Position numbers and translations under genes: made by a program. This document shows, piece after piece, positions 18,367-26,807 of a stretch of 59,446 nucleotides of DNA (position 1 is the first letter of the stretch; every line of letters starts with the position of its first letter). The notes beneath the pieces were generated by a model that saw only the letters and a list, made by a program, of their open reading frames with translations, was not told where the DNA came from and did no database searches. Source of the stretch: Rhizobium sp. Q54 (GTDB lineage: Bacteria > Pseudomonadota > Alphaproteobacteria > SMXQ01); the NCBI GenBank assembly GCA_945861615.1, contig CAMAVH010000003.1, positions 1 to 59,446 of the forward strand. The letters are read 5' to 3'.

Positions 18367-20225
18367 TTATCGCTCACGCGGCGCAGCGCCCATTTGACGG
18401 TGACGCCTTCCGGCGAAAGCTGGCCGTGAATGACGATCTGCTCGCTGCGGCGCGGCTCGCCGCGCACGCCTTGATAGACGCTCTCTTCGAGCGACAGTGT
18501 CGAAGCGCCGGCGGCGCGAAAGCGCCAGCCGCTGCCGGCGAGGCGCAGCAGAATCGCCGCGCCGTTCTGCACCAGTGAGGTGCGCACCGCCGGGTGAAGA
18601 TGAAAGCGCAGCGTGAAGGGCAGGCCGACGGCGCCGCGTTTCAAGCTGCCGGCGCTGAAGGGCGCGCCGTCATGGGCCGGGCCGTCGGCGCTCTTGAGCG
18701 CCTCGGGCGGCAGAAAGCTGTCCTCGCCGCGCAGATCGTCGCCGCCCGGTGAAAGATAGAGCCGGCGCCGATGGATCAAGCCGTAAGGCTTGAGATAGCC
18801 GTCGTGATTGCCTTCGATCCAGATCGCGCCATCGGCTTCGTCGCGCCGGCAGGCGACGCGCTCGGGCCGTCGGCCGATCAGGCGGCTCGGCGGACGGCGC
18901 TCGTTGCCCGGCCGATCGAAGATCTCGGCGATGTTGAGATCGGCCACCGTGCCGGTCGAATGGGCGGCGGAAGATTGCATGGCTTGGCGCCAGGCGCGCG
19001 CCGGATTGGCCGCCGCGCCGCCATTGACGATCAGGCGCTCCTTGCCGACGCTCATCTCGAAAGCGAGCGTGCCGGCGAAGGCATGACTCTCGTAGCCCGG
19101 CGGTGGCGGCGCGCCGACATCCACGATGAGCAGGCTGCGATTGGCGGTGGCGCGTTCGAAGCCGCTATGCGGCGCCGAGGCGAGCGGCTTGCCCTTGGCG
19201 TCTGCCTGCGCCAGCGCGAGATCGATCAGCCAGGCTTCGCTTTCGACGCTGTCGTTGAACAGCGCCAGCGCGCCGTCGCCATGGCGGAAAAAACGCAGCA
19301 TCGGTGCCATGCGGTCGATGCCGATCTGCACCGCGTCGGGCACTTCCATTTTCGCCGCGATCAGCACGGCGCGCATGTCGATGAGATCGCGCAGGATGGC
19401 GAGCTGCAGGCGCGGGCTGCGTTCGGCGTTGCCGCCGTCGCCGAGCAATTCGCGGCCCATCTCGCGCGCGAGCAGAGCGCCGGCGCGCGCCAGCAGTTTG
19501 TCTTGCTGCGCCGCGCCCTGGGCGAGGCAAGCGGCGGCATAGATCAGGCCCTTGATCGCGCCGATGGCGCGCGCGCCCGTCAGGTCGCCGGGCAGGACGC
19601 GCGACAGCTGGCGCGCTTGGCGGCCGAGACTGTCGCGCAGGCGCTGGGCGAAGACGGGATCGTCGGCTTCCAGCATGTCGGCGGCGGTGAGCCAGGCGCA
19701 GATGCGGCTCGCCAGAACGTCGGGCCGCCAGGACAGGCGGTTCCAGCGGCGGCCGTCCCCCGCGATCCAGCTGGCGACCAGCGCGCGGGCGCGCTGGCGC
19801 GGCGCTTCGCCGCCGACGACGCGCAGATCCTTCAGCCAGGCGAAGCCTTGCAGGCCGGCGCGCCATTCGCTGTCGGTGCCGGACGGCGACCAGGCGATCG
19901 GCGCGGCGGGATTGTCGGGCGCGAAGACCGGCACGGTCCGGCCGGCGAAGGTGAAGCGGCCGTCGAGAATGCCGCGGCCATGATCGGCATCGCCCGGCCA
20001 GGGATCGGGCGGCAGCAGGCGCAGATGGGGCGGGGTGCGGCCGACGAGGCTGGCGGCATATCCGGGAACGGCGAAGACCAGCCCCTCGATGCGGCTGAAG
20101 GCGCGCCGCATCTGCTGCGCGAAGGGGCGTTGCAATTCGGCGCCGAGAATTGCCAGCGTCTTGCCGCCGGATTGCTGGTCGGCGATCTCGCCGCTGCGGG
20201 AGCCTGTCGCGCCGTCTGCGGACAT
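18363..20225 (-). CDS. Heparinase II/III-like family protein (conserved alphaproteobacterial neighbour of rpe/purH)
   Basis: 620 aa. N-terminal ...LLPPDPWPGDADHGRGILDGRFTFAGRTV... and C-terminal HDGYLKPYGLIHRRRLYLSPGGDDLRGED resemble the heparinase II/III-like family. The stop overlaps the ligase start (ATGA at 18363-18366). Family assignment is from memory only. Confidence 0.7.
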   Translation of the reverse strand: MSADGATGSRSGEIADQQSGGKTLAILGAELQRPFAQQMRRAFSRIEGLVFAVPGYAASLVGRTPPHLRLLPPDPWPGDADHGRGILDGRFTFAGRTVPVFAPDNPAAPIAWSPSGTDSEWRAGLQGFAWLKDLRVVGGEAPRQRARALVASWIAGDGRRWNRLSWRPDVLASRICAWLTAADMLEADDPVFAQRLRDSLGRQARQLSRVLPGDLTGARAIGAIKGLIYAAACLAQGAAQQDKLLARAGALLAREMGRELLGDGGNAERSPRLQLAILRDLIDMRAVLIAAKMEVPDAVQIGIDRMAPMLRFFRHGDGALALFNDSVESEAWLIDLALAQADAKGKPLASAPHSGFERATANRSLLIVDVGAPPPPGYESHAFAGTLAFEMSVGKERLIVNGGAAANPARAWRQAMQSSAAHSTGTVADLNIAEIFDRPGNERRPPSRLIGRRPERVACRRDEADGAIWIEGNHDGYLKPYGLIHRRRLYLSPGGDDLRGEDSFLPPEALKSADGPAHDGAPFSAGSLKRGAVGLPFTLRFHLHPAVRTSLVQNGAAILLRLAGSGWRFRAAGASTLSLEESVYQGVRGEPRRSEQIVIHGQLSPEGVTVKWALRRVSDK

Positions 20226-20240
20226 CTCGGCGCTCGCCGG

Positions 20241-20906
20241 TCAGTGCCCGCCGCGAACGCGGCGGATATTGTCGGCGTAGGCGTTCGGTCCGCCCTGGAA
20301 GGTCGCGGTGCCGGCGACCAGAACGTCGGCGCCGGCTTTGATCACCTCTGCGGCGTTGTCGGCGTTGATGCCGCCGTCGACTTCGAGATCGATTTTCTTG
20401 CCGAGCTTGTCGATGCGCTGGCGCAGCAGGCGAATTTTTTCCAGCTGCGATGCGATGAAGGACTGGCCGCCGAAGCCGGGATTGACGCTCATCACCAGCA
20501 CGAGGTCGAGATCGGGCAGCACATAGTCGATGGCGCCCAGCGGTGTCGCCGGATTGAGCGCCACGCCGGCTTTTTTGCCGAGCGACTTGATGAGCTGGAT
20601 GGTGCGGTGCAGATGGGCGCCGGCTTCCGGATGCACCGTGATGATGTCGGCGCCCGCCTCGGCGAACTGCGGCACGAAGACATCGATCGGCGAAATCATC
20701 AGATGGACGTCGAACGGCTTGGCGCTATGGGCGCGCAGCGCCTTGACCACCGCCGGGCCGATGGTGAGGTTGGGCACGAAATGCCCGTCCATCACGTCGA
20801 CATGGATATAGTCGGCGCCTGCGACATCGACCGCTCTCACTTCTTCGCCCAATTTGGCGAAGTCGGCGGACAGGATGGACGGCGCGATTTTCGTGGGCTG
20901 CTGCAC
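20241..20906 (-). CDS. rpe: Ribulose-phosphate 3-epimerase
   Basis: ...[18 protein letters not shown]...[14 protein letters not shown]...[12 protein letters not shown]...EVDGGIN. The only in-frame start near the domain is GTG at 20906. The track ORF runs on upstream into rsmB in another frame. Confidence 0.9.
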   Translation of the reverse strand: MQQPTKIAPSILSADFAKLGEEVRAVDVAGADYIHVDVMDGHFVPNLTIGPAVVKALRAHSAKPFDVHLMISPIDVFVPQFAEAGADIITVHPEAGAHLHRTIQLIKSLGKKAGVALNPATPLGAIDYVLPDLDLVLVMSVNPGFGGQSFIASQLEKIRLLRQRIDKLGKKIDLEVDGGINADNAAEVIKAGADVLVAGTATFQGGPNAYADNIRRVRGGH

Positions 20907-20953
20907 ACTTGTTAGGTACCAGCTAACGCCCTGAATCGCAAGGGAAGCGGGGC

Positions 20954-22372
20954 TTATTTCGCCTTGCGCAGGCGGGCCGCGTAGAAGCCGTCGAAGCCGC
21001 CGAGGGCAGGATGGGCGGGAGCCGCAAGCTGGCTCGGCAGGCTGCGCAAATCGCCTTTTTGGGTGATCAGGGCCTCGAGGCCGCCGACCTCGGCCGGCTT
21101 GATCGGCAGGCGCTCCAGGCCCGGGTTGTCGTTCAGCAGGCTGCCGATGCGCCGCGGTCCTTCGTCGGCTTCGAGCGAACAGACGGCATAGACCAGCACG
21201 CCGCCGGGCTTGAGCATGGCGATGGCGTTCTTCAGCAGGCGGTCCTGGACCGGCCCGAGCTTGGCGATGTCGTCGGCGCGCTTGCTGCGCGCGATGTCGG
21301 GATGGCGGCGGATGGTGCCGGTGGCGCTGCAGGGCGCGTCGAGCAGCACGCCGTCCAGCCCTTGCGACGGGCGCCATTCGCCGGCGTCGGCCTGCAGGGT
21401 CTCGGCGGTCAGATGCAGGCGCGCCAGATTCTGGCGCAGGCGGTCGAGGCGCGTGGCGTTGACGTCGAGGGCGATGACGCGCGCACCGGCGCTCTTGTTG
21501 AGCGCGGCGGCGAGCTGGGCAGTCTTGCCGCCCGGCGCGGCGCAGAGATCGGCGACCTGCGCCGCCTTGGTTTTGACCAGGGCATTGAGCAGCAGCTTTG
21601 CCGGCAGGGCGGCGGCGGCATCCTGCACCCACCAGCGGCCGTCCTCGTAGCCCGGCAGGTCGGAAATCGCGCCGCTGAGGTCGGCGGCGCGCCGCAAGGC
21701 GCCGGTCGGCAAGAGCGTGGCTTCCAGCCGTTCGGCCCATTGGCCGGCATGCTCGCCGGGCATCAGGATGATGTCGAGCGGCGGTTCGGCGAGATGGGCG
21801 GTGGCGATGGCCCGCGTCGTCGCCTCGCCATAGGCGCCGACCCAGGAGCGCCACAACCAGTCGGGCGTGTTGAGCTTGGCGGCGTCCTGCGCGTCACGCA
21901 GCGCCTCGCCTTCGCGGGCGATGCGGCGCAGCACGGCATTGATCAGTTTTTTATGCGCGGTGAGCTTGGCGAATTCGGCGTGATCGACGGCGGCGCTGAC
22001 GGCGGCGTGCGCCGGCGTGCCGAGGAACATCAGCTGCGCCGTGCCGATGCGCAGAATGTGCTGCGCCATCAGGCCGGCGCGCGGGATCGGCCGCTCCAGG
22101 CAATGTTTGATCATGGCGTCGATCTGGCCGAGGCGGCGCACGGTGCTGGCGACGAGCAGGCGGGCGAAGGCGCGGTCGCGCGATTCGAGCTCGCCATAGC
22201 CAGGCACGGCGGCGAGCGCCTCTTCGAGCGGCCGGCGCTGGTCGAGCACGGCGGCGAGCGCGGCGGTCGCGGCGGCGCGCGCGGCGAGGCCGGCGGGCCA
22301 TTTCACCGTTTTGGGCTTGGCCGGCTTGCCCCTTGCCGGGGCGGCTGTCTTGGCGGCGGGGGTGTCGGTCAT
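20954..22372 (-). CDS. rsmB: 16S rRNA (cytosine967-C5)-methyltransferase RsmB/Sun
   Basis: NusB-like N-terminal domain, then [27 protein letters not shown] and [16 protein letters not shown]. Confidence 0.9.
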   Translation of the reverse strand: MTDTPAAKTAAPARGKPAKPKTVKWPAGLAARAAATAALAAVLDQRRPLEEALAAVPGYGELESRDRAFARLLVASTVRRLGQIDAMIKHCLERPIPRAGLMAQHILRIGTAQLMFLGTPAHAAVSAAVDHAEFAKLTAHKKLINAVLRRIAREGEALRDAQDAAKLNTPDWLWRSWVGAYGEATTRAIATAHLAEPPLDIILMPGEHAGQWAERLEATLLPTGALRRAADLSGAISDLPGYEDGRWWVQDAAAALPAKLLLNALVKTKAAQVADLCAAPGGKTAQLAAALNKSAGARVIALDVNATRLDRLRQNLARLHLTAETLQADAGEWRPSQGLDGVLLDAPCSATGTIRRHPDIARSKRADDIAKLGPVQDRLLKNAIAMLKPGGVLVYAVCSLEADEGPRRIGSLLNDNPGLERLPIKPAEVGGLEALITQKGDLRSLPSQLAAPAHPALGGFDGFYAARLRKAK

Positions 22373-22432
22373 GGCGCCGGTTTACAGGAGCCGGCGCCCG
22401 GAGTCACGCAAGGCGGCGCTCAGGCCGGCCGT

Positions 22433-22909
22433 TTAATAGGGCCTGCCGTCCTTGTGCAAAAAGGCCCATTGGCCGGGACCTTTGAACTGGGCGACGATGT
22501 CGTCGTCGGGGTAGCTGCCGGCGTCCCCGGCGCTGCGGTCGCCGATCTCGAGATAAACGACGTCCCGGTCGCTGCGGTTGACGAGGTGATGGGCGTCGCC
22601 CGTGCCGGCCTTGAAGCCGGCGCACATGCCGGCGCTCAGCTGCGTCTCGCCAGCGTCGGTGATCAGCACCGGCGCGCCTTCGAGGATGTAGATGAACTCG
22701 TCCTGTTTGCTATGGGCGTGGCGCAGGGCCGATTCGCCGCCAGGATGAATATGCGTGAGGTTGACGCCGAAGTTGGTCAGGCCGAACAGGTCGCCGAGCG
22801 GCCGCTTGAGGCGCTTGCCCATGCGCGAGAAGAACGGTTCGGGATAGTTCGACGGCTTGGTCCGCGCGGCGGCGTCGAGCGCGCGCAGGGCGACGAGTTT
22901 TTCCGGCAT
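22433..22909 (-). CDS. Cupin-domain protein (monocupin)
   Basis: MPEKLVALRAL...HPGGESALRHAHSKQDEFIYILEGAPVLITD... SD ggagag lies before the ATG at 22909. Confidence 0.8.
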   Translation of the reverse strand: MPEKLVALRALDAAARTKPSNYPEPFFSRMGKRLKRPLGDLFGLTNFGVNLTHIHPGGESALRHAHSKQDEFIYILEGAPVLITDAGETQLSAGMCAGFKAGTGDAHHLVNRSDRDVVYLEIGDRSAGDAGSYPDDDIVAQFKGPGQWAFLHKDGRPY

Positions 22910-22972
22910 GGCACTCTCCGACAATTGGGGCGCGCGATTGTCGCGCCGCAATGTCGGAGCCCGCAAGAGGCC

Positions 22973-23863
22973 TTAGGCGGAGCGGCCCCAGAAACTCGGC
23001 TTGGCGGTCGGCATCGGCACGCCGGCCAGCTCGCGCAGTTTTCGCACACGGTTCTCGGTGCTCGGATGGGTCGAGAACAGGCCGTCCACCGCATGGGCAT
23101 GCAGCGGATTGACGATGAACATATGCGCCGTCGCTGGATTGCGCTCGGCCTCGGGGTTGTCGATCGCGCGGGCGCTGTTATGGAGATTCTCCAGCGCCGA
23201 GGCGAGCCACAAGGGCCGGCCGGAAATTTCCGCGCCGAGACGGTCGGCTTCATATTCGCGGGTGCGCGAGATGGCGAACTGCACCAGCATGGCCGCCATC
23301 GGCGCGAGGATCATCACCAAGAGACCGACGATCATGTTGCCGCCGCCGTTCCCGTTGCTGTCGCGGTTGCCGCCGAAGAAGAAGGCGAAATTGGCGAGCA
23401 TGCCGATGGCGCCGGCGATGGTGGCGGTGATCGTCTGGATCAGCGTGTCGCGGTTCTTCACATGGGCCAGCTCGTGCGCCATGACGCCGGCGACCTCTTC
23501 ATGGCTGAGGTTGCGGAGCAAGCCGGTGGTGGCGGCGACCGCCGCGTTCTCCGGGTTGCGCCCGGTGGCGAAGGCGTTCGGCTGGTCGTTGTCGATGATA
23601 TAGACCTTGGGCATCGGCAATTGGGCGCGCTGCGCCAGCTGCTCGACGATGCCATAGAGGGCCGGCGCGCTCTGCGCATCGACCTGGCGCGCGCCGTACA
23701 TCGACAAGACCATCTTGTCGGAATTCCAATAGGCGAACAGGTTCATCGCCGCCGCGACCGCGAGCGCGATGATCATGCCGGTCGGGCCACCGATCAGGTA
23801 ACCGATCGCCATGAACAGGGCGGTGAGGCCGGCGATGAGGATAAAGGTGCGTGCGGTGCTCAT
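22973..23863 (-). CDS. htpX: Zinc metalloprotease HtpX
   Basis: Membrane helices plus [10 protein letters not shown] zinc motif. C-terminal ...[14 protein letters not shown]. Confidence 0.9.
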   Translation of the reverse strand: MSTARTFILIAGLTALFMAIGYLIGGPTGMIIALAVAAAMNLFAYWNSDKMVLSMYGARQVDAQSAPALYGIVEQLAQRAQLPMPKVYIIDNDQPNAFATGRNPENAAVAATTGLLRNLSHEEVAGVMAHELAHVKNRDTLIQTITATIAGAIGMLANFAFFFGGNRDSNGNGGGNMIVGLLVMILAPMAAMLVQFAISRTREYEADRLGAEISGRPLWLASALENLHNSARAIDNPEAERNPATAHMFIVNPLHAHAVDGLFSTHPSTENRVRKLRELAGVPMPTAKPSFWGRSA

Positions 23864-24076
23864 GGTCCTTTGGGGGTAAGGGCGATGGGGTGCCCAGTGT
23901 ACCGGGTGGCGCGGCCTTTGTCGGTGCCCTATTGTCGCCGTATTGTCCTAGAGTTTCTGGCATTTTCGGGGCATTCCCGCATGGCGCGCGGCCAGAGAAT
24001 TACATAGAGTGCGCGGCGCCCGCTTCAAGCCTTCGCAGGCGGAGCGTCCCGGCAATTCGGCTGTTCAAGGTGTTGC

Positions 24077-24307
24077 ATGAGCGAGTCGCAAAAATCCCCA
24101 CCGTCCGTCGCGCCGGAAAGCCCCGCGCCGACGCCCGACGCGGAAACCGTGTCTTCCAAGCCGGCGTCCCCGGACGCCGCCGCGCCCGTGCCACCCGTTC
24201 CGGCGCCTGCCGCGCCCGCGCGCAAGCCGGAGATCGGCGGCCCGAAGGGCCCCGAGCCGACGCGATACGGCGATTGGGAGAAGGCCGGCCGCTGCGTCGA
24301 CTTCTAA
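24077..24307 (+). CDS. DUF1674 (SDHAF4-like) small protein
   Basis: Pro/Ala-rich N-terminus and conserved C-terminus EIGGPKGPEPTRYGDWEKAGRCVDF. Confidence 0.8.
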   Translation: MSESQKSPPSVAPESPAPTPDAETVSSKPASPDAAAPVPPVPAPAAPARKPEIGGPKGPEPTRYGDWEKAGRCVDF

Positions 24308-24332
24308 ACGCGCCGCGCAGAATCAAGAGATC

Positions 24333-25787
24333 ATGACCAGTCCGTCCCCGTCGTCCGCATCCGCCACCAAAGTCGCGCCCTTGCCGCCCGGGGGCCTGCC
24401 GGCTGGCTTGCTGATCGCCATCTATATCGGCATCGGCTCGCTGCCGTTGCTGCTCGCCTGGCATGAAGACGCGCTGGTCGGCGGCGTCTGGCGCGCCTTG
24501 TCGAACGGCATGGCGATGGTCGGCTTCGCGCTGCTAACGGTGCAGTTCTATATCTCCGGGCGCATCCGCTGGGTGTCGAGCGGTTTCGGCATCGATCGCC
24601 TGATGCTGTTTCATCAGTTGGCCGCGCGCGTCATCACGGTCGCGCTGTTGCTCCATCCTTTCCTCTATGTCGTGCAGAGCCTTGTCGAGGAGGGTCCGCT
24701 CGCCGCCGGCGAGACCCTGCTGCGCATGCTGGGCAACCCCGCCTTCACAAGCGGAGTGACGGCCTGGGTCTTGCTCGTCGTCGTCATGGCGCTCGCGCTG
24801 CTACGCGATTGGCTGCCGATCCGCTATGAGGCTTGGCGCATCAGTCACGGTCTCGGCGCGGCGGCCATCGTCTGCGCCGGCCTGCATCACACCATCACCA
24901 TCGGCAGCTACAGCCAAGACCTCGTCCTGGCGCAGGTCTGGATCGTGCTCGGCATCCTGGCGCTCGGGGCGCTCGTCTATCTTTACCTCGTGCGGCCTTG
25001 GCAATTGGGCCAACAGCCGTTCTACATCTCGAACATCGCGCGCGTCGGCGAGAAGATGTGGAGCGTGACCTTATGGCCGGCCAAGCTGCAGCCCGTCGGC
25101 ATCCTGGCGGCCGGCGCGAAACCGCGCGTCACGCCGCCGCTCGTCTATGAGGCGGGCCAATTCGCCTATGTGACGCTGGGCGGCTCGCCCTTCATCATGA
25201 TCGATCATCCGTTCTCGATCGCCTCGTCGCCGGCGGAAGGCAGCAAACTGCGGTTTCTCATTAAGGAAGCCGGCGATTTCACCAAGATCGTCGGCCGTCT
25301 GCCGATCAATAGCCGCGCCTATGTCGACGGTCCGTTCGGTCGCTTCACCTTGCGCCAGGGCGAAGCGGCGGCGGGCGGGCGGGACAAAGTGGCGGGCCTC
25401 GCCTTCATCGCCGGCGGCGTCGGCATCGCGCCGATCCTCGGCCTGCTCCGCGACGCCGGGGCGCGCGGCGAGACGCGTCCGCTGCGCCTGCTGACGGGCA
25501 ACCGCGCCGCCAGTCAATTGGTCTATGGCGAGGAGATGGAGGCCTGGGCCGCCGGGCGAGATTTCCGCGCCCGCCATGTCCTGCAGGATCCGCCCCTCGA
25601 TTGGCAGGGCGGCGTCGGCATGCTCGACGAAGCGACGATCGCCGATTGGATCGATTGGCCGCATCCCGAACGCTGGCTCTATTTCGTGTGCGGCCCGCGC
25701 GCCGTGCGTCAGGCGACGGAGCAGGCGTTGCGCGCGCGCGGCGTGCCGCCGTCGCGTATCGTCGACGAGGCCTTCAAGTACGAATGA
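24333..25787 (+). CDS. Ferric-reductase-domain / FAD / NAD(P)H oxidoreductase (bacterial NOX/FRE-like)
   Basis: Six TM helices with His pairs FHQLAARVITVALLLHP (spacing 14) and SHGLGAAAIVCAGLH (spacing 13), as in NOX haem ligands. HPFSIASSP is the FAD motif, AGGVGIAPILG the NAD(P)H motif, and there is a C-terminal FVCGP. Confidence 0.85.
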   Translation: MTSPSPSSASATKVAPLPPGGLPAGLLIAIYIGIGSLPLLLAWHEDALVGGVWRALSNGMAMVGFALLTVQFYISGRIRWVSSGFGIDRLMLFHQLAARVITVALLLHPFLYVVQSLVEEGPLAAGETLLRMLGNPAFTSGVTAWVLLVVVMALALLRDWLPIRYEAWRISHGLGAAAIVCAGLHHTITIGSYSQDLVLAQVWIVLGILALGALVYLYLVRPWQLGQQPFYISNIARVGEKMWSVTLWPAKLQPVGILAAGAKPRVTPPLVYEAGQFAYVTLGGSPFIMIDHPFSIASSPAEGSKLRFLIKEAGDFTKIVGRLPINSRAYVDGPFGRFTLRQGEAAAGGRDKVAGLAFIAGGVGIAPILGLLRDAGARGETRPLRLLTGNRAASQLVYGEEMEAWAAGRDFRARHVLQDPPLDWQGGVGMLDEATIADWIDWPHPERWLYFVCGPRAVRQATEQALRARGVPPSRIVDEAFKYE

Positions 25788-25800
25788 GCAAGGGAGCGCC

Positions 25801-25884
25801 ATGGCGCAGACGCGCGTTCAACGACTGATCTTCGGGCTGAGCCTGATCTTCGCCGCGGAAATTTTATTGTTCGCGCTGCGTTAA
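25801..25884 (+). CDS. Possible 27-aa single-TM micropeptide immediately downstream of the NOX-like gene
   Basis: SD aagggag lies 4 nt before the ATG. The peptide reads MAQTRVQRLIFGLSLIFAAEILLFALR. Its stop overlaps the convergent cytochrome c stop (TTAA at 25881-25884). No homology evidence. Confidence 0.3.
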   Translation: MAQTRVQRLIFGLSLIFAAEILLFALR

Positions 25885-26183
25885 GGCGCCGGCGCGGCCT
25901 GCTGCGTCAGCATCCAGGCGATGATCGCCGCACGTTCGGCGGCGTCGCTGGCATGATGGCGCGTCAGAAACCTGTCGAGATCCGCGGTGCGCGCCGCATC
26001 GTCGGGCCGCTTCGCAAGGTAGCCTTGAAGGCGGCCTATTTGATGACAACGCGAACAGCGCGCGTCGAACGCGGCCTTGCCGGCCTGTGCATCAGGCGAT
26101 TGCGCCTGCGCGGCCGGCGTTGCGATGGACATCGCTCCCCATAAGAGCAGCGTGCAGAGCATCTGGAGCCGGATTTTTTTCAT
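25881..26183 (-). CDS. Small periplasmic c-type cytochrome
   Basis: Signal peptide MKKIRLQMLCTLLLWGAMSIATPAAQA and haem-binding motif CSRCH. Confidence 0.8.
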   Translation of the reverse strand: MKKIRLQMLCTLLLWGAMSIATPAAQAQSPDAQAGKAAFDARCSRCHQIGRLQGYLAKRPDDAARTADLDRFLTRHHASDAAERAAIIAWMLTQQAAPAP

Positions 26184-26217
26184 GGCAACAGCTTACCCGA
26201 GGCTGCGGCAATCGACT

Positions 26218-26231
26218 TTGATTCATGTCAA
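26218..26231 (-). promoter_or_regulatory. FNR/FixK-like box (TTGACatgaATCAA on the gene strand) upstream of the cytochrome c gene
   Basis: Plus strand TTGATtcatGTCAA, one deviation from TTGAT-N4-ATCAA and within the FixK consensus. The centre is 41.5 nt upstream of the ATG. No SD is visible before the ATG. Confidence 0.45.
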
Positions 26232-26245
26232 GCCGACGGCGGACA

Positions 26246-26272
26246 AAGAAAAACCGCCAGCGATGCTGACGG
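26246..26272 (-). terminator. Rho-independent terminator downstream of the Gln-rich small gene
   Basis: The minus strand reads CCGUCAGC-AUC-GCUGGCGG followed by UUUUUCUUU. The stem is 8 bp with one G-U pair. Confidence 0.5.
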
Positions 26273-26359
26273 TTTAGGTGATAACCGGAGATTAAGCGAG
26301 TTGGCGACAGTCGGCGGCGCGACGTCTTCAGGCCGTCACCGCCGCTTGCGCCAAACGCT

Positions 26360-26530
26360 TTAGCGCTTAGGCTCTTGGCCGGGCTGGCGATTCTGCTGCT
26401 GCTTGTTCGGGTCCTGCTGGTTCTGCTGCTGCGGCTTTTCCTGCTGCTGACCGGGCTGCTGGTTCGGGTTCTGTTGACCCTGCTGCTGCTGCGGCTTTTC
26501 GTTCTGATTCGGAGTCTTCTGGTCGGCCAT
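26360..26530 (-). CDS. 56-aa extremely Gln/Pro/Asn-rich hydrophilic protein
   Basis: SD aggaga lies before the ATG at 26530. The protein reads MADQKTPNQNEKPQQQQGQQNPNQQPGQQQEKPQQQNQQDPNKQQQNRQPGQEPKR. An EcfG-type promoter lies upstream and a terminator downstream. Confidence 0.6.
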   Translation of the reverse strand: MADQKTPNQNEKPQQQQGQQNPNQQPGQQQEKPQQQNQQDPNKQQQNRQPGQEPKR

Positions 26531-26586
26531 GATGCTCTCCTGAATATCGCGTAAGGATGCGCGGCGGTTGCCTCGCATATGTAATC

Positions 26587-26611
26587 AACGCGAGGCTAGC
26601 TGCGCCGTTCC
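26587..26611 (-). promoter_or_regulatory. EcfG-type (general stress response sigma factor) promoter GGAAC-N16-CGTT
   Basis: The minus strand reads GGAACggcgcagctagcctcgCGTTgatt, an exact consensus with a 16-nt spacer, about 56 nt upstream of the ATG at 26530. Confidence 0.6.
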
Positions 26612-26652
26612 GACGGAACCGAGGGTTCCTCCGAACGATGCCGCTCTCGTGA

Positions 26653-26730
26653 TCAGAGCACGTTGAACAGATACAGAAGAATGATGATGGGAATTGGAAT
26701 TCCGAGTGCCCAAAGCAGAATGCCGCGCAC
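26653..26730 (-). CDS. 25-aa hydrophobic micropeptide
   Basis: Below the ORF-track size cut-off. GTG at 26730 is preceded by a strong SD aaggagg with 5-nt spacing. The peptide reads (M)RGILLWALGIPIPIIILLYLFNVL, followed by TGA. An EcfG-type promoter lies upstream. Confidence 0.55.
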   Translation of the reverse strand: MRGILLWALGIPIPIIILLYLFNVL

Positions 26731-26763
26731 GCGTTCCTCCTTGCGTCGATGGATCATCGAATC

Positions 26764-26788
26764 AACGCGAAGACTTGACGTAGGTTCC
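26764..26788 (-). promoter_or_regulatory. Second EcfG-type promoter GGAAC-N16-CGTT
   Basis: The minus strand reads GGAACctacgtcaagtcttcgCGTTgatt, about 33 nt upstream of the GTG at 26730. It has the same extended CGTTGATT -10 as the neighbouring promoter. Confidence 0.6.
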
Positions 26789-26807
26789 CTGTCCTACGCC
26801 GGGCGGT

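Noticed and set aside
18771-20915. 714-aa plus-strand ORF antisense to the heparinase-like gene and rpe
   Set aside because: Same Arg/Ala/Gly-rich pattern. The opposite strand carries rpe with unmistakable motifs.
20907-21854. Upstream 316 codons of the 537-aa track ORF containing rpe
   Set aside because: This part overlaps rsmB in another frame and is Arg/Pro-rich. The rpe homology begins only at the GTG at 20906.
21011-24007. 998-aa plus-strand ORF spanning the antisense of rsmB, the cupin gene and htpX
   Set aside because: It crosses three independently well-supported minus-strand genes and their intergenic regions. The composition is Arg/Gly/Ala-rich low complexity, with no motifs.
24002-24029. 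RpoH (sigma-32)-like promoter CTTGAA-N16-CTATGT upstream of htpX
   Set aside because: It is plausible biologically because htpX is a heat-shock gene. But the -10 only partly fits CYTATNT, and the site is about 140 nt from the start codon. This is too weak to call without TSS data.
26380-26520. CTG/CAG-rich repetitive DNA as a possible CRISPR array or satellite
   Set aside because: The repeats are short trinucleotide-type, are in frame, and are fully explained by the Gln-rich coding sequence. There is no repeat-spacer architecture.
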